NCBI GenBank assembly: GCA_041651015.1
Contig: JBAZKA010000003.1
Coordinates: 117,755 to 181,754 of the forward strand
Origin: Patescibacteria group bacterium
GTDB taxonomy: Bacteria; Patescibacteriota; Patescibacteriia; Magasanikbacterales; GWA2-37-8
DNA length: 64,000 bases
Direction of reading: 5' to 3'
Below the pieces are notes generated by a model. It was not told where the DNA came from and did no database searches. It worked only from the letters and a program-made list of their open reading frames with translations. Positions 47,842 through 56,922 of this stretch are shown here, piece after piece. Each line of letters starts with the position of its first letter. Position 1 is the first letter of the stretch. The position numbers and the translations under genes are program-made.

Positions 47842-48098
47842 ATTAACCCTGTTAAATAAGATTTGAGCCGATGTTTTAAAAACATCTTACCCAAATACGT
47901 TTTTAAATATTTTTCTCTATGTGTTGCATCTTGTTGATTTAAACAAGCTTCATAATATATTAAGTTTAACGGTCTTCTATTGCATGTTGACGGTATTTTG
48001 CCTGTCTGATGTAGCTCAAATCTTAATTTTAAATTTTTTGTATATCCGGTATAAAACTTTTTATCCTTTAACGATTGTAATATATAAGTATAATACAT
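47838..48098 (-). CDS. Small GIY-YIG nuclease
   Basis: YTYIL..FYTGYT..LKLRFELH..YYEA...REKYLK; GGAGGG SD. Confidence 0.92.
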   Translation of the reverse strand: MYYTYILQSLKDKKFYTGYTKNLKLRFELHQTGKIPSTCNRRPLNLIYYEACLNQQDATHREKYLKTYLGKMFLKHRLKSYLTGLI

Positions 48099-48133
48099 AC
48101 CCTCCAAAAAAATTTAAAATTATTTAACAGGGT
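47846..48133. mobile_element. Putative GIY-YIG mini-element with 14-bp terminal inverted repeats
   Basis: accctgttaaataa (47846-47859) and ttatttaacagggt (48120-48133) are perfect reverse complements enclosing only the GIY-YIG gene. Confidence 0.8.
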
Positions 48134-49821
48134 AAAAACAACTTATTAAATTTCACAGCCAATTCCTCGGGCTTGAAGCCGAGAGAATCATAACGCCGTA
48201 AATTATTTTTAATCATCACGCCGGTTTTTTCAGCAATCAATTTATTCAATTGTCCGGTAAAATTAGTATCAATACAAACAATTTTTTTTGCGCCTTTAAT
48301 TTCTTGCAAAAACTTTTCCGCGCAAAACGGTTCCAGCCAAATAATCTGCACAGCCTTAAAAGATTTTTTCATAAAGCGCATTGATTCCGCGACCGCGCCT
48401 TTGACCGAACCGTAAAACACCACCACATTTTTGGATTTCACGTCGCCCCAGACTTTAATCCCGCCGCGCTTTTTCATCTCAGCAACCAAGCCCTTCTCTT
48501 TTAAAAATCTTTTCTCGCACATTTTTTTCGTTGTCTCGGGGTCATCGGTGATCCAGCCGTTCTCGTCGTGCTCATAGCTGGTAGTTTTCACCACCGTATT
48601 TTTCATACCCGGAAAAGCTAACGGCGACACACCATCGGACGTAAAAGCATGGCGTTTGTATGACACGCCACCCGCGGACATCTTCGCGTTTTCAATTTTA
48701 ACTTTTTTTCTCGCCAATTCCACGGTCGCAACCGATTCAGAAAGATGTTTATCCAAAAGCACCATCACCGGCGTCTGGTATTTCCAAGCCAAGTTCATGG
48801 CATCAGCGGCGAGAACGAATGATTCCTCAGCATCACCCGGAGCCAGCACCACACGCGGATATTCACCTGGAATATTACGAACAAAATCCAAATCACCTTG
48901 GCCCACTCTGGTCGGTACACCCGTAGAGGTGGAAGCGCGTTGCGAGTCGCCCACCACAATCGGTAATTCAGCGATACCGGCAAAGGCCATAGCCTCTAAC
49001 ATCAAAGCAAATCCCCCGCCCGTGGATGCGACCGCGGTACGCGCGCCGGCAAAAGCCGAACCGAGCGCCATATTAATCACACTGATTTCATTTTCCGGTT
49101 GCACCACCTTAATTTTATAATCATGGGATTTTTTGGCGAGATAATGCAAGATAGAAGAAGACGGTGTCATGGGATACGCGAAATAATTTTTCATACCGGC
49201 CGCCACCAAGCCTTCGCTAAACGCTTCATTGCCGTCAAACCACTCTCTCTTTGATAATTTACATTTAGGCAATAATTTTTGTTTTAATTTTTTCTCCACG
49301 GCAAATTCATAACCGCGTTTGGCCAAATCAATATTTACCTTGGCTTTATCGCCGAATGTTTCCGTAAATACTTGATTAAGTGTTTCTAATTTCAAATCAA
49401 AATGATGGCACAGGGCGCCAAGCAAAACTCCGGCGCGCGTAATCGGCGGGGCGCCCAATTCTTTGGCCCAAACGCCGGCCGGCACGGCAAATACTCCGGC
49501 CGGAGATTTTTCCGGCTCGCCGTCAAACAGAATTATCCCGTCTTTTTTCAAATCTTTTTTGTGCTTTTCAATCGTCTCCAAATTCAAAGCGACCAGCGCG
49601 TCCAATTTTTCCATGTCGCTCCTGACTTTTCCGCGCGAAAAATTCAATTGCGCGAAATTGTGTCCCCCGCGGATGAGCGACGGATATTCCACGGACAAGA
49701 AAAATTCAAAACCGTGTTTGGCCGTCAAGCGTCCGATGTTAATCGTCGCTTCTTTGGCGCCATCGCCAGCTTGCCCGCCGACCACCACGGAAAAAATGGG
49801 TTCAAATTTTGTTTTTGGCAT
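48124..49821 (-). CDS. 2-oxoacid:ferredoxin oxidoreductase alpha subunit (gamma-alpha fusion)
   Basis: GGQAGDG, YPSLIRGGHN, DGNEA, YPMTP, QPENE, QRASTSTGVPT. Confidence 0.95.
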   Translation of the reverse strand: MPKTKFEPIFSVVVGGQAGDGAKEATINIGRLTAKHGFEFFLSVEYPSLIRGGHNFAQLNFSRGKVRSDMEKLDALVALNLETIEKHKKDLKKDGIILFDGEPEKSPAGVFAVPAGVWAKELGAPPITRAGVLLGALCHHFDLKLETLNQVFTETFGDKAKVNIDLAKRGYEFAVEKKLKQKLLPKCKLSKREWFDGNEAFSEGLVAAGMKNYFAYPMTPSSSILHYLAKKSHDYKIKVVQPENEISVINMALGSAFAGARTAVASTGGGFALMLEAMAFAGIAELPIVVGDSQRASTSTGVPTRVGQGDLDFVRNIPGEYPRVVLAPGDAEESFVLAADAMNLAWKYQTPVMVLLDKHLSESVATVELARKKVKIENAKMSAGGVSYKRHAFTSDGVSPLAFPGMKNTVVKTTSYEHDENGWITDDPETTKKMCEKRFLKEKGLVAEMKKRGGIKVWGDVKSKNVVVFYGSVKGAVAESMRFMKKSFKAVQIIWLEPFCAEKFLQEIKGAKKIVCIDTNFTGQLNKLIAEKTGVMIKNNLRRYDSLGFKPEELAVKFNKLFLPC

Positions 49822-49835
49822 AATTATTTTTTCAA

Positions 49836-50630
49836 TTAAATAATGACAGTCGCCTTTTCATACAACATCGGCAAACAATCTTGTCTCATTCTAAATTTTG
49901 TACCATGATTATGGCCGGTACGGGCGTCAAAATCCACCAGTATTTTTCCTTCTTCAAGCGCATGCAAAAATCCCTCAAAACTAAATTTTTGCAACATCAT
50001 TACTTTTGAATAATGATAAAATTCTTTTTTTCTCCGAATATCCACTTCGGCCTGAACATAAAAAGCATTTAATAATTTTGTGCCGGCTTTATGTTCCAGA
50101 TCATCAAAGCCCCAATACGGCTGGGGATTTAATTCACCAAGACCGGCTCGTTTTTCAACAAGTTTAAGCCATGATTTGTGCTTTGAATCTACACTTTTTG
50201 CGTCAAACGAAATCAATATTTTTCTTTCTTGGCGATCAATCACAACTTTAAAACCCCTATCGCTTCTTGACTTGCCATGAATCGTCTGGCGAAAACTCAT
50301 TTCATTTTTGGGATATTTGGCTCCGCGCTCCTGATGCGCCCAACCATATAACGGTAATAAAATTTGCGGCACAAAACGCACGGCGCGCGGCGACGGCTCA
50401 ATATGAAAAAGTGTTGTGAGCGAAGTTGAATCAAGACGCTGGGCTTTTAATTCCCATTCGGCGGCATTGGGAATCGGTAAATTATTTTCTTTTATCCCCA
50501 ACAAATCTTCTAGTGTATTGCCAATTCCGCCGGCATTCCCTTTGCGGGCGTTCGCAATAAAACCCATTTCGGAAATTTTCTTCAATTTCGCGATTAGCGC
50601 CGGTTTTGTATAGATAACTGGTTTTGTCAT
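49836..50630 (-). CDS. MvaI/BcnI-family restriction endonuclease
   Basis: GGIGNTLEDLLGIKENN, WELKAQR, TTLFH, NHGTKFR; coupled to the MTase by an ATGA overlap. Confidence 0.85.
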   Translation of the reverse strand: MTKPVIYTKPALIAKLKKISEMGFIANARKGNAGGIGNTLEDLLGIKENNLPIPNAAEWELKAQRLDSTSLTTLFHIEPSPRAVRFVPQILLPLYGWAHQERGAKYPKNEMSFRQTIHGKSRSDRGFKVVIDRQERKILISFDAKSVDSKHKSWLKLVEKRAGLGELNPQPYWGFDDLEHKAGTKLLNAFYVQAEVDIRRKKEFYHYSKVMMLQKFSFEGFLHALEEGKILVDFDARTGHNHGTKFRMRQDCLPMLYEKATVII

Positions 50631-51376
50631 AATAATTTTCTTTGTGATTGATGCTGTTTAATTCTTCTTTTTGCCGACTCGCAATAATCTGGCGAGATAT
50701 CTATACCTATATAATTGCGATTAAAATTTATTGCCGAAATTGCGGTTGTACCGGATCCCATGAATGGGTCAAGAATAATTTTTGAAGTTGTGGAAGAAAT
50801 TATTTTATCAATCAATTTTACAGGGAATGGAGCCGGATGTCCATTTTTCATTTCTTGCGGCACTTCCCAAATATCACCAAAGGCATTTGCCTTGGGGGCG
50901 AGAGCAAATTTTGATTTGGCGATTAGATATATTACTTCATATGTCGGCAGAAAATAACCAGCATTAAAATTCAACCCGCCAGCGCGTTTCCAGATAATAA
51001 TTTGCCGCACTGGAAAATCACTAACAATATCTTGACGGTCTTGCAGTAAACCGCCTTGCACACGCCATTTATGATTATAAAAAATAGCGCCGTCCTCGGG
51101 AATAATTCTCATCATTTCAGTCAAGCAATCTCTTTGCCATTTAACATATTCCTCGTGCGGCATGTTGTCGTCATAATGAGAGTAACCGTTTTTCAGAGCG
51201 GCGTTTTCCCATTTGCCTCCTCTTCCGTCTTTCATACCATTGCCCGTGGAATTTCTCAAATTATACGGCGGTGAAGTAACGATTAAGTCAACCGAACAAT
51301 CCGGCATCTTTTTCATCACCTCAATAGTATCGCCGCAGATTATTTTATTTAGATATTTTGTAATGCCAGTCGGCAT
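50627..51376 (-). CDS. Site-specific DNA methyltransferase (N4-C/N6-A, beta class)
   Basis: TSPPY, HPAPFP, LDPFMGSGTT. Confidence 0.93.
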   Translation of the reverse strand: MPTGITKYLNKIICGDTIEVMKKMPDCSVDLIVTSPPYNLRNSTGNGMKDGRGGKWENAALKNGYSHYDDNMPHEEYVKWQRDCLTEMMRIIPEDGAIFYNHKWRVQGGLLQDRQDIVSDFPVRQIIIWKRAGGLNFNAGYFLPTYEVIYLIAKSKFALAPKANAFGDIWEVPQEMKNGHPAPFPVKLIDKIISSTTSKIILDPFMGSGTTAISAINFNRNYIGIDISPDYCESAKRRIKQHQSQRKLL

Positions 51377-51443
51377 AATTTTCTTACGAGAGATCCTTCG
51401 CCGCTAAAGCGGCTCAGGATAAAATTTTGCTCCGAGCAAAATT

Positions 51444-53243
51444 TTACTTTTTATACACTCCCTGAACCAAGGCGCCATCCGCTTTCACGCGATTACGGCG
51501 CGTCACCGCATGGCGGATTTTTTTGCCATAATGCGTGTGCAGAACCTTGTGTTTATTTTTTTCATCTTTGAAAAACTCGTCGTAAACTTTTTTCACAATC
51601 GGATTTTCGTGGCCCAGACGAATTTTTTTCGCGCCATCAATAATGTAAAGCGACTTGGCCCGGCGTTCGCGAATGGATTCATCCACGGGCATGGATTGCC
51701 CTCCCCCGCCGATACAACCGCCCGGACAGGCCATCACTTCCACAAAATCATAACGATTGGGATTTTGCTTGAGTTCATCCAAAATAATTCTGGCATTGGA
51801 AATTTTGTTGGTGACGACCACGTTTAATTCTTTTTTGATTCCCTTGGCGGTTTTGAGCGTAGCCGGCAATTTAATGGTGGCGCGTTTGATGCCGTCCAGA
51901 CCGCGGACATTTTTGAATAAATCAACATTAGCCAAATTTGTGCCGGTCAACAGCCAATAAGCCGTGCGCAGAGCCGCTTCCATCACTCCGCCCGAAGCGC
52001 CGTAAATCACGCCCGCGCCAGACGGGTCGCCAAACGGATTATCTGATTGCGTCGGTTTTATTTTTTTCAAATCAATTTTGTTTTTCAAAAACCATCTTGC
52101 GAGTTCTCTGGTGGTAATGGTAATGTCCACCGGTTTCATCCCATCAATCTTAAATTCCGGACGGTCCACTTCATATTTTTTGGAAGTGCACGGCATGACC
52201 GAAACCGAAACAATTTTTTTCGGGTCAATTTGCATTTTCCCGGCCCAATAAGTTTTGGCAATACCGCCCAACATTATTTCCGGGGATCTGGCCGTGCTCA
52301 AATGTTTTACATATTCCGGATGATTGTATTCCATAAACATCACCCAGGACGGACAGCACGAAGTAAAAATCGGCAAATTTTCTCCTTTCTTAATTCTCTC
52401 CACGGCCTCTGACGCTTCCTCCAAAGTGGTAAAATCCGCCACGGCCGAAGTGTCAAAAACATAATTAAATCCCAGAGCGCGCAAACCGGCGGCCAGTTGA
52501 TCGGTCGCGGCCGCGCCATAGGGCAAACCCAATTCTTCGCCAATGGATACGCGGATTGACGGCGCGAATTGCACCAACACAATTTTGGATTTGTCTTTCA
52601 AATATTTTTCCAATTCATCAATCACTTTGTATTCACCTTTAGATTTGATCGCCCCGGCCGGACAATGCACCACGCATTGACCGCAGGAAATACAATCTTT
52701 CTTTTTATCATCGGTCGGCTTAATGCCAATGTCCGCCCCGCGCTCATCCACTTCCAAATATTTGGTCGGACAAACTTCCACGCAATTCCGGCAATCAATA
52801 CATTTGGTCTGGTCAAAAACAATCGGACCAAATTCATAAATCGGCCGTTTAATTTTTCTATCCACAAAACGCAACATTTTGGAATTCAACTGCTTGCGGT
52901 ATTTTAGCAAATCACAGCGCGAATTATAAACACAACTCGGGCAATCCTCCACGTGCTCGCCAAAAATCATTTCCAAGTTAAATTTGCGCGCGCGTTTGAT
53001 TTCTTTGGAATCGGAAATAATTTCCATATCCGGCACGGCGAATGTGGAACAAGAAGTACTCAATGACTTTTGTCCTTTAATGCTTACTACGCACATTCGG
53101 CAATTGGCCCGTACCGATAAATCCGGATGCTGGCACAAATGCGGAATATCTATTCCGGCGCGCAGAGCCGCGGTTAAAATAGTTTCGCCTTCAAACGCTT
53201 CAATCGCTTTCCCGTCAATTTTTATGTTGAATTTTTTTGGCAT
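51444..53243 (-). CDS. hydA: [FeFe]-hydrogenase catalytic subunit, group A (2Fe-2S, His-ligated 4Fe-4S, 2x4Fe-4S, H-cluster)
   Basis: TSCCPSW, MPCTSKKYE, EVMACPGGCIGGGGQ H-cluster motifs; CIDCRNC and CISCGQC ferredoxin motifs; C-terminal LHTHY. Confidence 0.95.
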   Translation of the reverse strand: MPKKFNIKIDGKAIEAFEGETILTAALRAGIDIPHLCQHPDLSVRANCRMCVVSIKGQKSLSTSCSTFAVPDMEIISDSKEIKRARKFNLEMIFGEHVEDCPSCVYNSRCDLLKYRKQLNSKMLRFVDRKIKRPIYEFGPIVFDQTKCIDCRNCVEVCPTKYLEVDERGADIGIKPTDDKKKDCISCGQCVVHCPAGAIKSKGEYKVIDELEKYLKDKSKIVLVQFAPSIRVSIGEELGLPYGAAATDQLAAGLRALGFNYVFDTSAVADFTTLEEASEAVERIKKGENLPIFTSCCPSWVMFMEYNHPEYVKHLSTARSPEIMLGGIAKTYWAGKMQIDPKKIVSVSVMPCTSKKYEVDRPEFKIDGMKPVDITITTRELARWFLKNKIDLKKIKPTQSDNPFGDPSGAGVIYGASGGVMEAALRTAYWLLTGTNLANVDLFKNVRGLDGIKRATIKLPATLKTAKGIKKELNVVVTNKISNARIILDELKQNPNRYDFVEVMACPGGCIGGGGQSMPVDESIRERRAKSLYIIDGAKKIRLGHENPIVKKVYDEFFKDEKNKHKVLHTHYGKKIRHAVTRRNRVKADGALVQGVYKK

Positions 53244-53412
53244 ACCCCGTAGAAGAATTTTGAATAATTATTTTAATGATTTTGATTTAATTATCTATCA
53301 AACTGTCTTTTTACTCCGTAATAATTTCTTTGACCCGGCAGAGCTCTTTGGAGATTCTGCTCGGGTTGATTTTGCCCTTTGGGCAAAATCGTTCAAAATT
53401 TCTCTACGGGGC
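53244..53412. mobile_element. Non-autonomous MITE-like element with 21-bp imperfect TIRs and a nested mini-element
   Basis: accccgtagaagaattttgaa / ttcaaaatttctctacggggc (3 mismatches); nested acccggcaga...tctgctcgggt at 53333-53366. Confidence 0.72.
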
Positions 53413-53418
53413 ATAATA

Positions 53419-53958
53419 TTAAATTCTTTTTATTGTTTTTAAAAATCCGTAAGCGATCAAACTGCCGAGCGCGGCGCTGTAAAGTTGATTCCACGACATC
53501 ATCATGGCCGCGGCTTGCGCCAGCGTTTGGTTCAAAAATATATTAAAAAGCAATTGGCTCATCACGAACAAAAAAATAAATTTGGCGACTGAACCCGCGC
53601 CGGCCGCGAGCCAATAATTGTGCAATCGCAACCAATGAAAAAGGCAAACAAAAATAATATTGCTCAAAATGATAAACGGGACAAACGGCGCAAACATGGC
53701 CGGGAGCAGTCCGCTGACCAGGGCCATAATACTCGGCACAAACGATAAAATCACGGCGCTGCGCAAACCCAGCATTACGGTAATAATAATGAGCAGAGCG
53801 TTCACCATGGGCCCGGAAATAAATTGATTGGGAAAAAGCGGAGCAAGCATTACGCCGGCAAGCAAGACAAAGAATAACCCCGCAGTCGTAGTCGCGCTTT
53901 CTTTGGGGACAGCACCCACCTGTTCGGCCGGTCCGGCATCATAATAATCTCGCCGCAT
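53419..53958 (-). CDS. ECF-transporter S-component-like membrane protein
   Basis: Five or six TMs; NQFISGPMVNALL, PFIILSNI, AKFIFL. Confidence 0.7.
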   Translation of the reverse strand: MRRDYYDAGPAEQVGAVPKESATTTAGLFFVLLAGVMLAPLFPNQFISGPMVNALLIIITVMLGLRSAVILSFVPSIMALVSGLLPAMFAPFVPFIILSNIIFVCLFHWLRLHNYWLAAGAGSVAKFIFLFVMSQLLFNIFLNQTLAQAAAMMMSWNQLYSAALGSLIAYGFLKTIKRI

Positions 53959-53963
53959 AATAA

Positions 53964-54947
53964 TTATTTTACGTCAATTTTTTCCAAAAAACTCATCATG
54001 GGCTCGTGGACACTCTTGCCTAACGGACAAAAACTCACGTCGCGCATGGTCTCCAAAATAGCTCGCATCATCAGCCAATCGGGTTTTTGTTTGTTTAATT
54101 CTTCGCGCAGGCGATAAACACCCTCTCGGCACGGCGCGCACTTCCCGCAATTTGATTTGTAAAAAAATTCAATCCAGTTTTTCATCAGTTCGCGCGGTTT
54201 GGTTTTTGATAACAGATGAACAATTATTGAACCGGCCCCGCGCAAAGGCACGCTCAATTCATCGGCGGTCAAAATCGTACCGGCCGCTCCCCCGCCGACT
54301 TGCAAAAAGAATTTACCCGTTGGTTCATTTTTGGTTTTTTGCAAAATACCAATCAATGATAATTTTTCCGGCACTTCAAACACACCCGGATTTTTCACTG
54401 CGCCGCTGACAGATACAAAGCGCGTATTTTCATATTCGCCTTGAGCGATTTTAGCCACCGCGTAAAAAGTCTCTACATTATTGACCAAGGTCGGACAGCC
54501 ATACAAACCCACCTCGGTCGGGAATGGCGGTTTCAATCTGGGTTCACTGCGATTGCCTTCAATGGTTTCAATCAAAGTGGTTTCCTCACCGCACAAATAT
54601 CCACCGTCTTCGGGGAAAAATTCAATCGGTCCTTTTTTGATATACTTTGATAAATCGGCTTTAAATTTTTTCAAATCTTTTTTCTGGCAATAAATTATCG
54701 CCTTCTTGGCTTTTAATTCTTTGATGGCCAGATAGATCCCTTTGACCACTTCTTCGGGATGATATTCCAAAAGATATTTATCCTTGGACACGCCGGGCTC
54801 GCCTTCGGTCGCGTTGCAAATCACGTAAACCGGCTTTTTTGTTTTCGCACCGGCAGACTGTACCGCGCGCCATTTGGTCGCTACGGGAAATCCGGCTCCG
54901 CCTCGTCCGGTTAATTTGGCTTGTTCAATTTTATCAATGATAGTCAT
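53964..54947 (-). CDS. NuoF/HydB-like FMN- and NADH-binding subunit (minimal)
   Basis: GRGGAGFP, NATEGEPG, YLCGEET, NNVET, CGKCAPCREG...CPLG. Confidence 0.9.
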   Translation of the reverse strand: MTIIDKIEQAKLTGRGGAGFPVATKWRAVQSAGAKTKKPVYVICNATEGEPGVSKDKYLLEYHPEEVVKGIYLAIKELKAKKAIIYCQKKDLKKFKADLSKYIKKGPIEFFPEDGGYLCGEETTLIETIEGNRSEPRLKPPFPTEVGLYGCPTLVNNVETFYAVAKIAQGEYENTRFVSVSGAVKNPGVFEVPEKLSLIGILQKTKNEPTGKFFLQVGGGAAGTILTADELSVPLRGAGSIIVHLLSKTKPRELMKNWIEFFYKSNCGKCAPCREGVYRLREELNKQKPDWLMMRAILETMRDVSFCPLGKSVHEPMMSFLEKIDVK

Positions 54948-55045
54948 AAATAACGAATTATTTTTTGTATTGATTTATATTTTACCAGACTTTTGCCTAT
55001 ATAGCAAAATCGTATTGTGCATAATTTAGCCAAATTATGGGGTTG

Positions 55046-55078
55046 ACCCCGCAGAGCTCCTGCGAGATTCTGCGGGGT
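55046..55078. repeat. 33-bp mini-element with ACCCCGCAGA/TCTGCGGGGT ends
   Basis: Perfect 10-bp inverted ends; similar to 53333-53366. Confidence 0.75.
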
Positions 55079-55106
55079 TGACAAAACCGCCATTTTGTGC
55101 TATACT
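55078..55106 (+). promoter_or_regulatory. Sigma70 promoter with extended -10
   Basis: TTGACA-17 bp-(TGc)TATACT. Confidence 0.8.
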
Positions 55107-55174
55107 TTTTAATCAGTTGGAGGGCTAGCAAGCTCATTTTATCACAACAAACTGGGAAACCAGAGGAGGAATCA

Positions 55175-55711
55175 ATGGACAAAGAAAAACCGAAGGCGAC
55201 CGTCATCTGCGCGTACATGGCACTGATCGTGGCCGGTCTCATCTACCTCTTCATCAACTGCTACGCCGGATGCAAAGCCGAAGATTATGGTATGACGACA
55301 AACGAACTTCGAGCCGAAATCAACTGGATCATATTCTACTTCATTGTCGCCACCGTGATATTCATTGCGGGATCATGTCTTCCGATATCACCATACATCA
55401 AAATCATGGTCGGTATCGCCGCATTCAGTATCGCGACATTCCTCGCCGACAATCAAATAGGCACAAGCAAGTGTCTCGCGTCAGTTAAAAATGAATTTGC
55501 GGTCGCGACAGCACAAGATTGCCACCTTGTTTCGCGTGGTGAAATGCGATGCGGAGAAAAAGTCGCGGCGGTCATTGAAAAACGAAATCGTATTCTGGAT
55601 GAACTAGGCATGAAGATGATCAGCGGCGAGGGTGGGTGGAAAAGAAGAACACCGTACCCCGGCATCATAGAATACAACCGCAGCAGTATTTACATTCCAA
55701 AGTGGTTGTAA
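55175..55711 (+). CDS. Hypothetical membrane protein
   Basis: AGAGGAGGA SD, three TMs, several Cys; terminator hairpin at about 55733-55764. Confidence 0.7.
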   Translation: MDKEKPKATVICAYMALIVAGLIYLFINCYAGCKAEDYGMTTNELRAEINWIIFYFIVATVIFIAGSCLPISPYIKIMVGIAAFSIATFLADNQIGTSKCLASVKNEFAVATAQDCHLVSRGEMRCGEKVAAVIEKRNRILDELGMKMISGEGGWKRRTPYPGIIEYNRSSIYIPKWL

Positions 55712-55813
55712 CACTGTTTTTCCCAGCCAAACAAAGCGACCATCGACGGTCGCTTCTTTTTTTTCAAAAACAAAACGACCCTCGCGAACGAGAGTCGTTT
55801 TTTTTTGAAATTA

Positions 55814-56212
55814 TTATTTCAAGTTGACCTTGCCACCAGCCTCTTCAATTTTCTTTTTCATTGATTCGGCTTCTTCTTTCTTCACGCCTTCTTTAATCAT
55901 CTTCGGAGCGGCATCAACCAAAGCTTTGGCTTCGGCCAGACCCAAACCGGTGATTTCTTTCACGGCTTTGATCACGTTGATCTTGTTGGCGCCACAATCG
56001 GCGAGCTCAACGTTGAATTCAGTCTTCTCTTCAGCGGCAGCGGCAGCCGGAGCGGTAGCCATGACCGCGGCCGGAGCGGCAGCGGAAACGCCGAATTTGT
56101 CTTCCAAGACCTTTACCAATTCGGCCAGGTCAAGAACGGACATTTTTTCAATTTCGCTCACGAGAGATTTAAATTTCTCCGGAACGACTACGTCTTTTTT
56201 TTCTTCTGACAT
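55814..56212 (-). CDS. rplL: 50S ribosomal protein L7/L12
   Basis: [27 protein letters not shown]. Confidence 0.97.
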   Translation of the reverse strand: MSEEKKDVVVPEKFKSLVSEIEKMSVLDLAELVKVLEDKFGVSAAAPAAVMATAPAAAAAEEKTEFNVELADCGANKINVIKAVKEITGLGLAEAKALVDAAPKMIKEGVKKEEAESMKKKIEEAGGKVNLK

Positions 56213-56241
56213 AAAATTATATATTATATTCTTATTTCTTT

Positions 56242-56775
56242 TCAGCCCTGGGCTGATCCGCCTCGGGCGGAAATATTATTCAGCACGGAAACCAAACCGC
56301 GCAGATTGCCGGCGAGCACATTAACGAAACCGGAAACCGGAGCGTTGATGGTACCGACGAGTTTGCCCAGCAATTCTTGTTTGCTCGGCAAGGTAGCTAA
56401 GTTCTTCACATAGTCCGCGGTAATAAACTTGCCTTCAAGGACGCCGCCGAAAATGGTGACGATCTCGTTTTTCTTGGCAAAATTATTCACGATGCGGGCC
56501 GGAGCGACTTCATCCCCCATTCCGAAGAAGGTGGCGATACCGCCCTGAAAAACTTTCGGGTCAACATCATAGCCCATGTTCTGGCAAACTCTCTTGACCA
56601 AAGTTTTTTTGGCCGCGAGAACTTGGATGTTTTCTTTCTGACATTCGCCGCGCAAAGTTTGAGCTTGCGCCACGGTCAGACCCTGAAAGTTGGCAAACAC
56701 GACCGATTTGGCTTTTTTGAAGCCCTCGTCCAATGTTTCCACAACTTTAATTTTTTGCTGTTTAGTTTTTGGCAT
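56242..56775 (-). CDS. rplJ: 50S ribosomal protein L10 (C-terminus replaced by a hairpin insert)
   Basis: [23 protein letters not shown]; upstream of rplL. Confidence 0.96.
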   Translation of the reverse strand: MPKTKQQKIKVVETLDEGFKKAKSVVFANFQGLTVAQAQTLRGECQKENIQVLAAKKTLVKRVCQNMGYDVDPKVFQGGIATFFGMGDEVAPARIVNNFAKKNEIVTIFGGVLEGKFITADYVKNLATLPSKQELLGKLVGTINAPVSGFVNVLAGNLRGLVSVLNNISARGGSAQG

Positions 56776-56865
56776 AATTTGGTTTAGTGACCAAGATAAA
56801 AAAATCCATGGTCATAAACCACAGACATAACAATCTTCGACCATTGTCCCGCCTTGGGCGGGATA

Positions 56866-56917
56866 AGATTGCCTCGGCAGCATGATTAACCCTTGCGGGC
56901 GCTGCGGTCTATGGCTG
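56866..56917 (-). promoter_or_regulatory. L10 leader (rplJL autoregulatory RNA)
   Basis: Reverse complement CAGCCATAGACCGCAGC-gcccgcaaggg-TTAA-tcat-GCTGCCGAGGC resembles the L10 leader consensus and lies upstream of rplJ. Confidence 0.7.
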
Positions 56918-56922
56918 ACAAG

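Noticed and set aside
56224-56244. TGA recoding (code 25) extending rplJ
   Set aside because: Several genes end normally at TGA and none shows internal TGA; this stop is explained by the hairpin insert.
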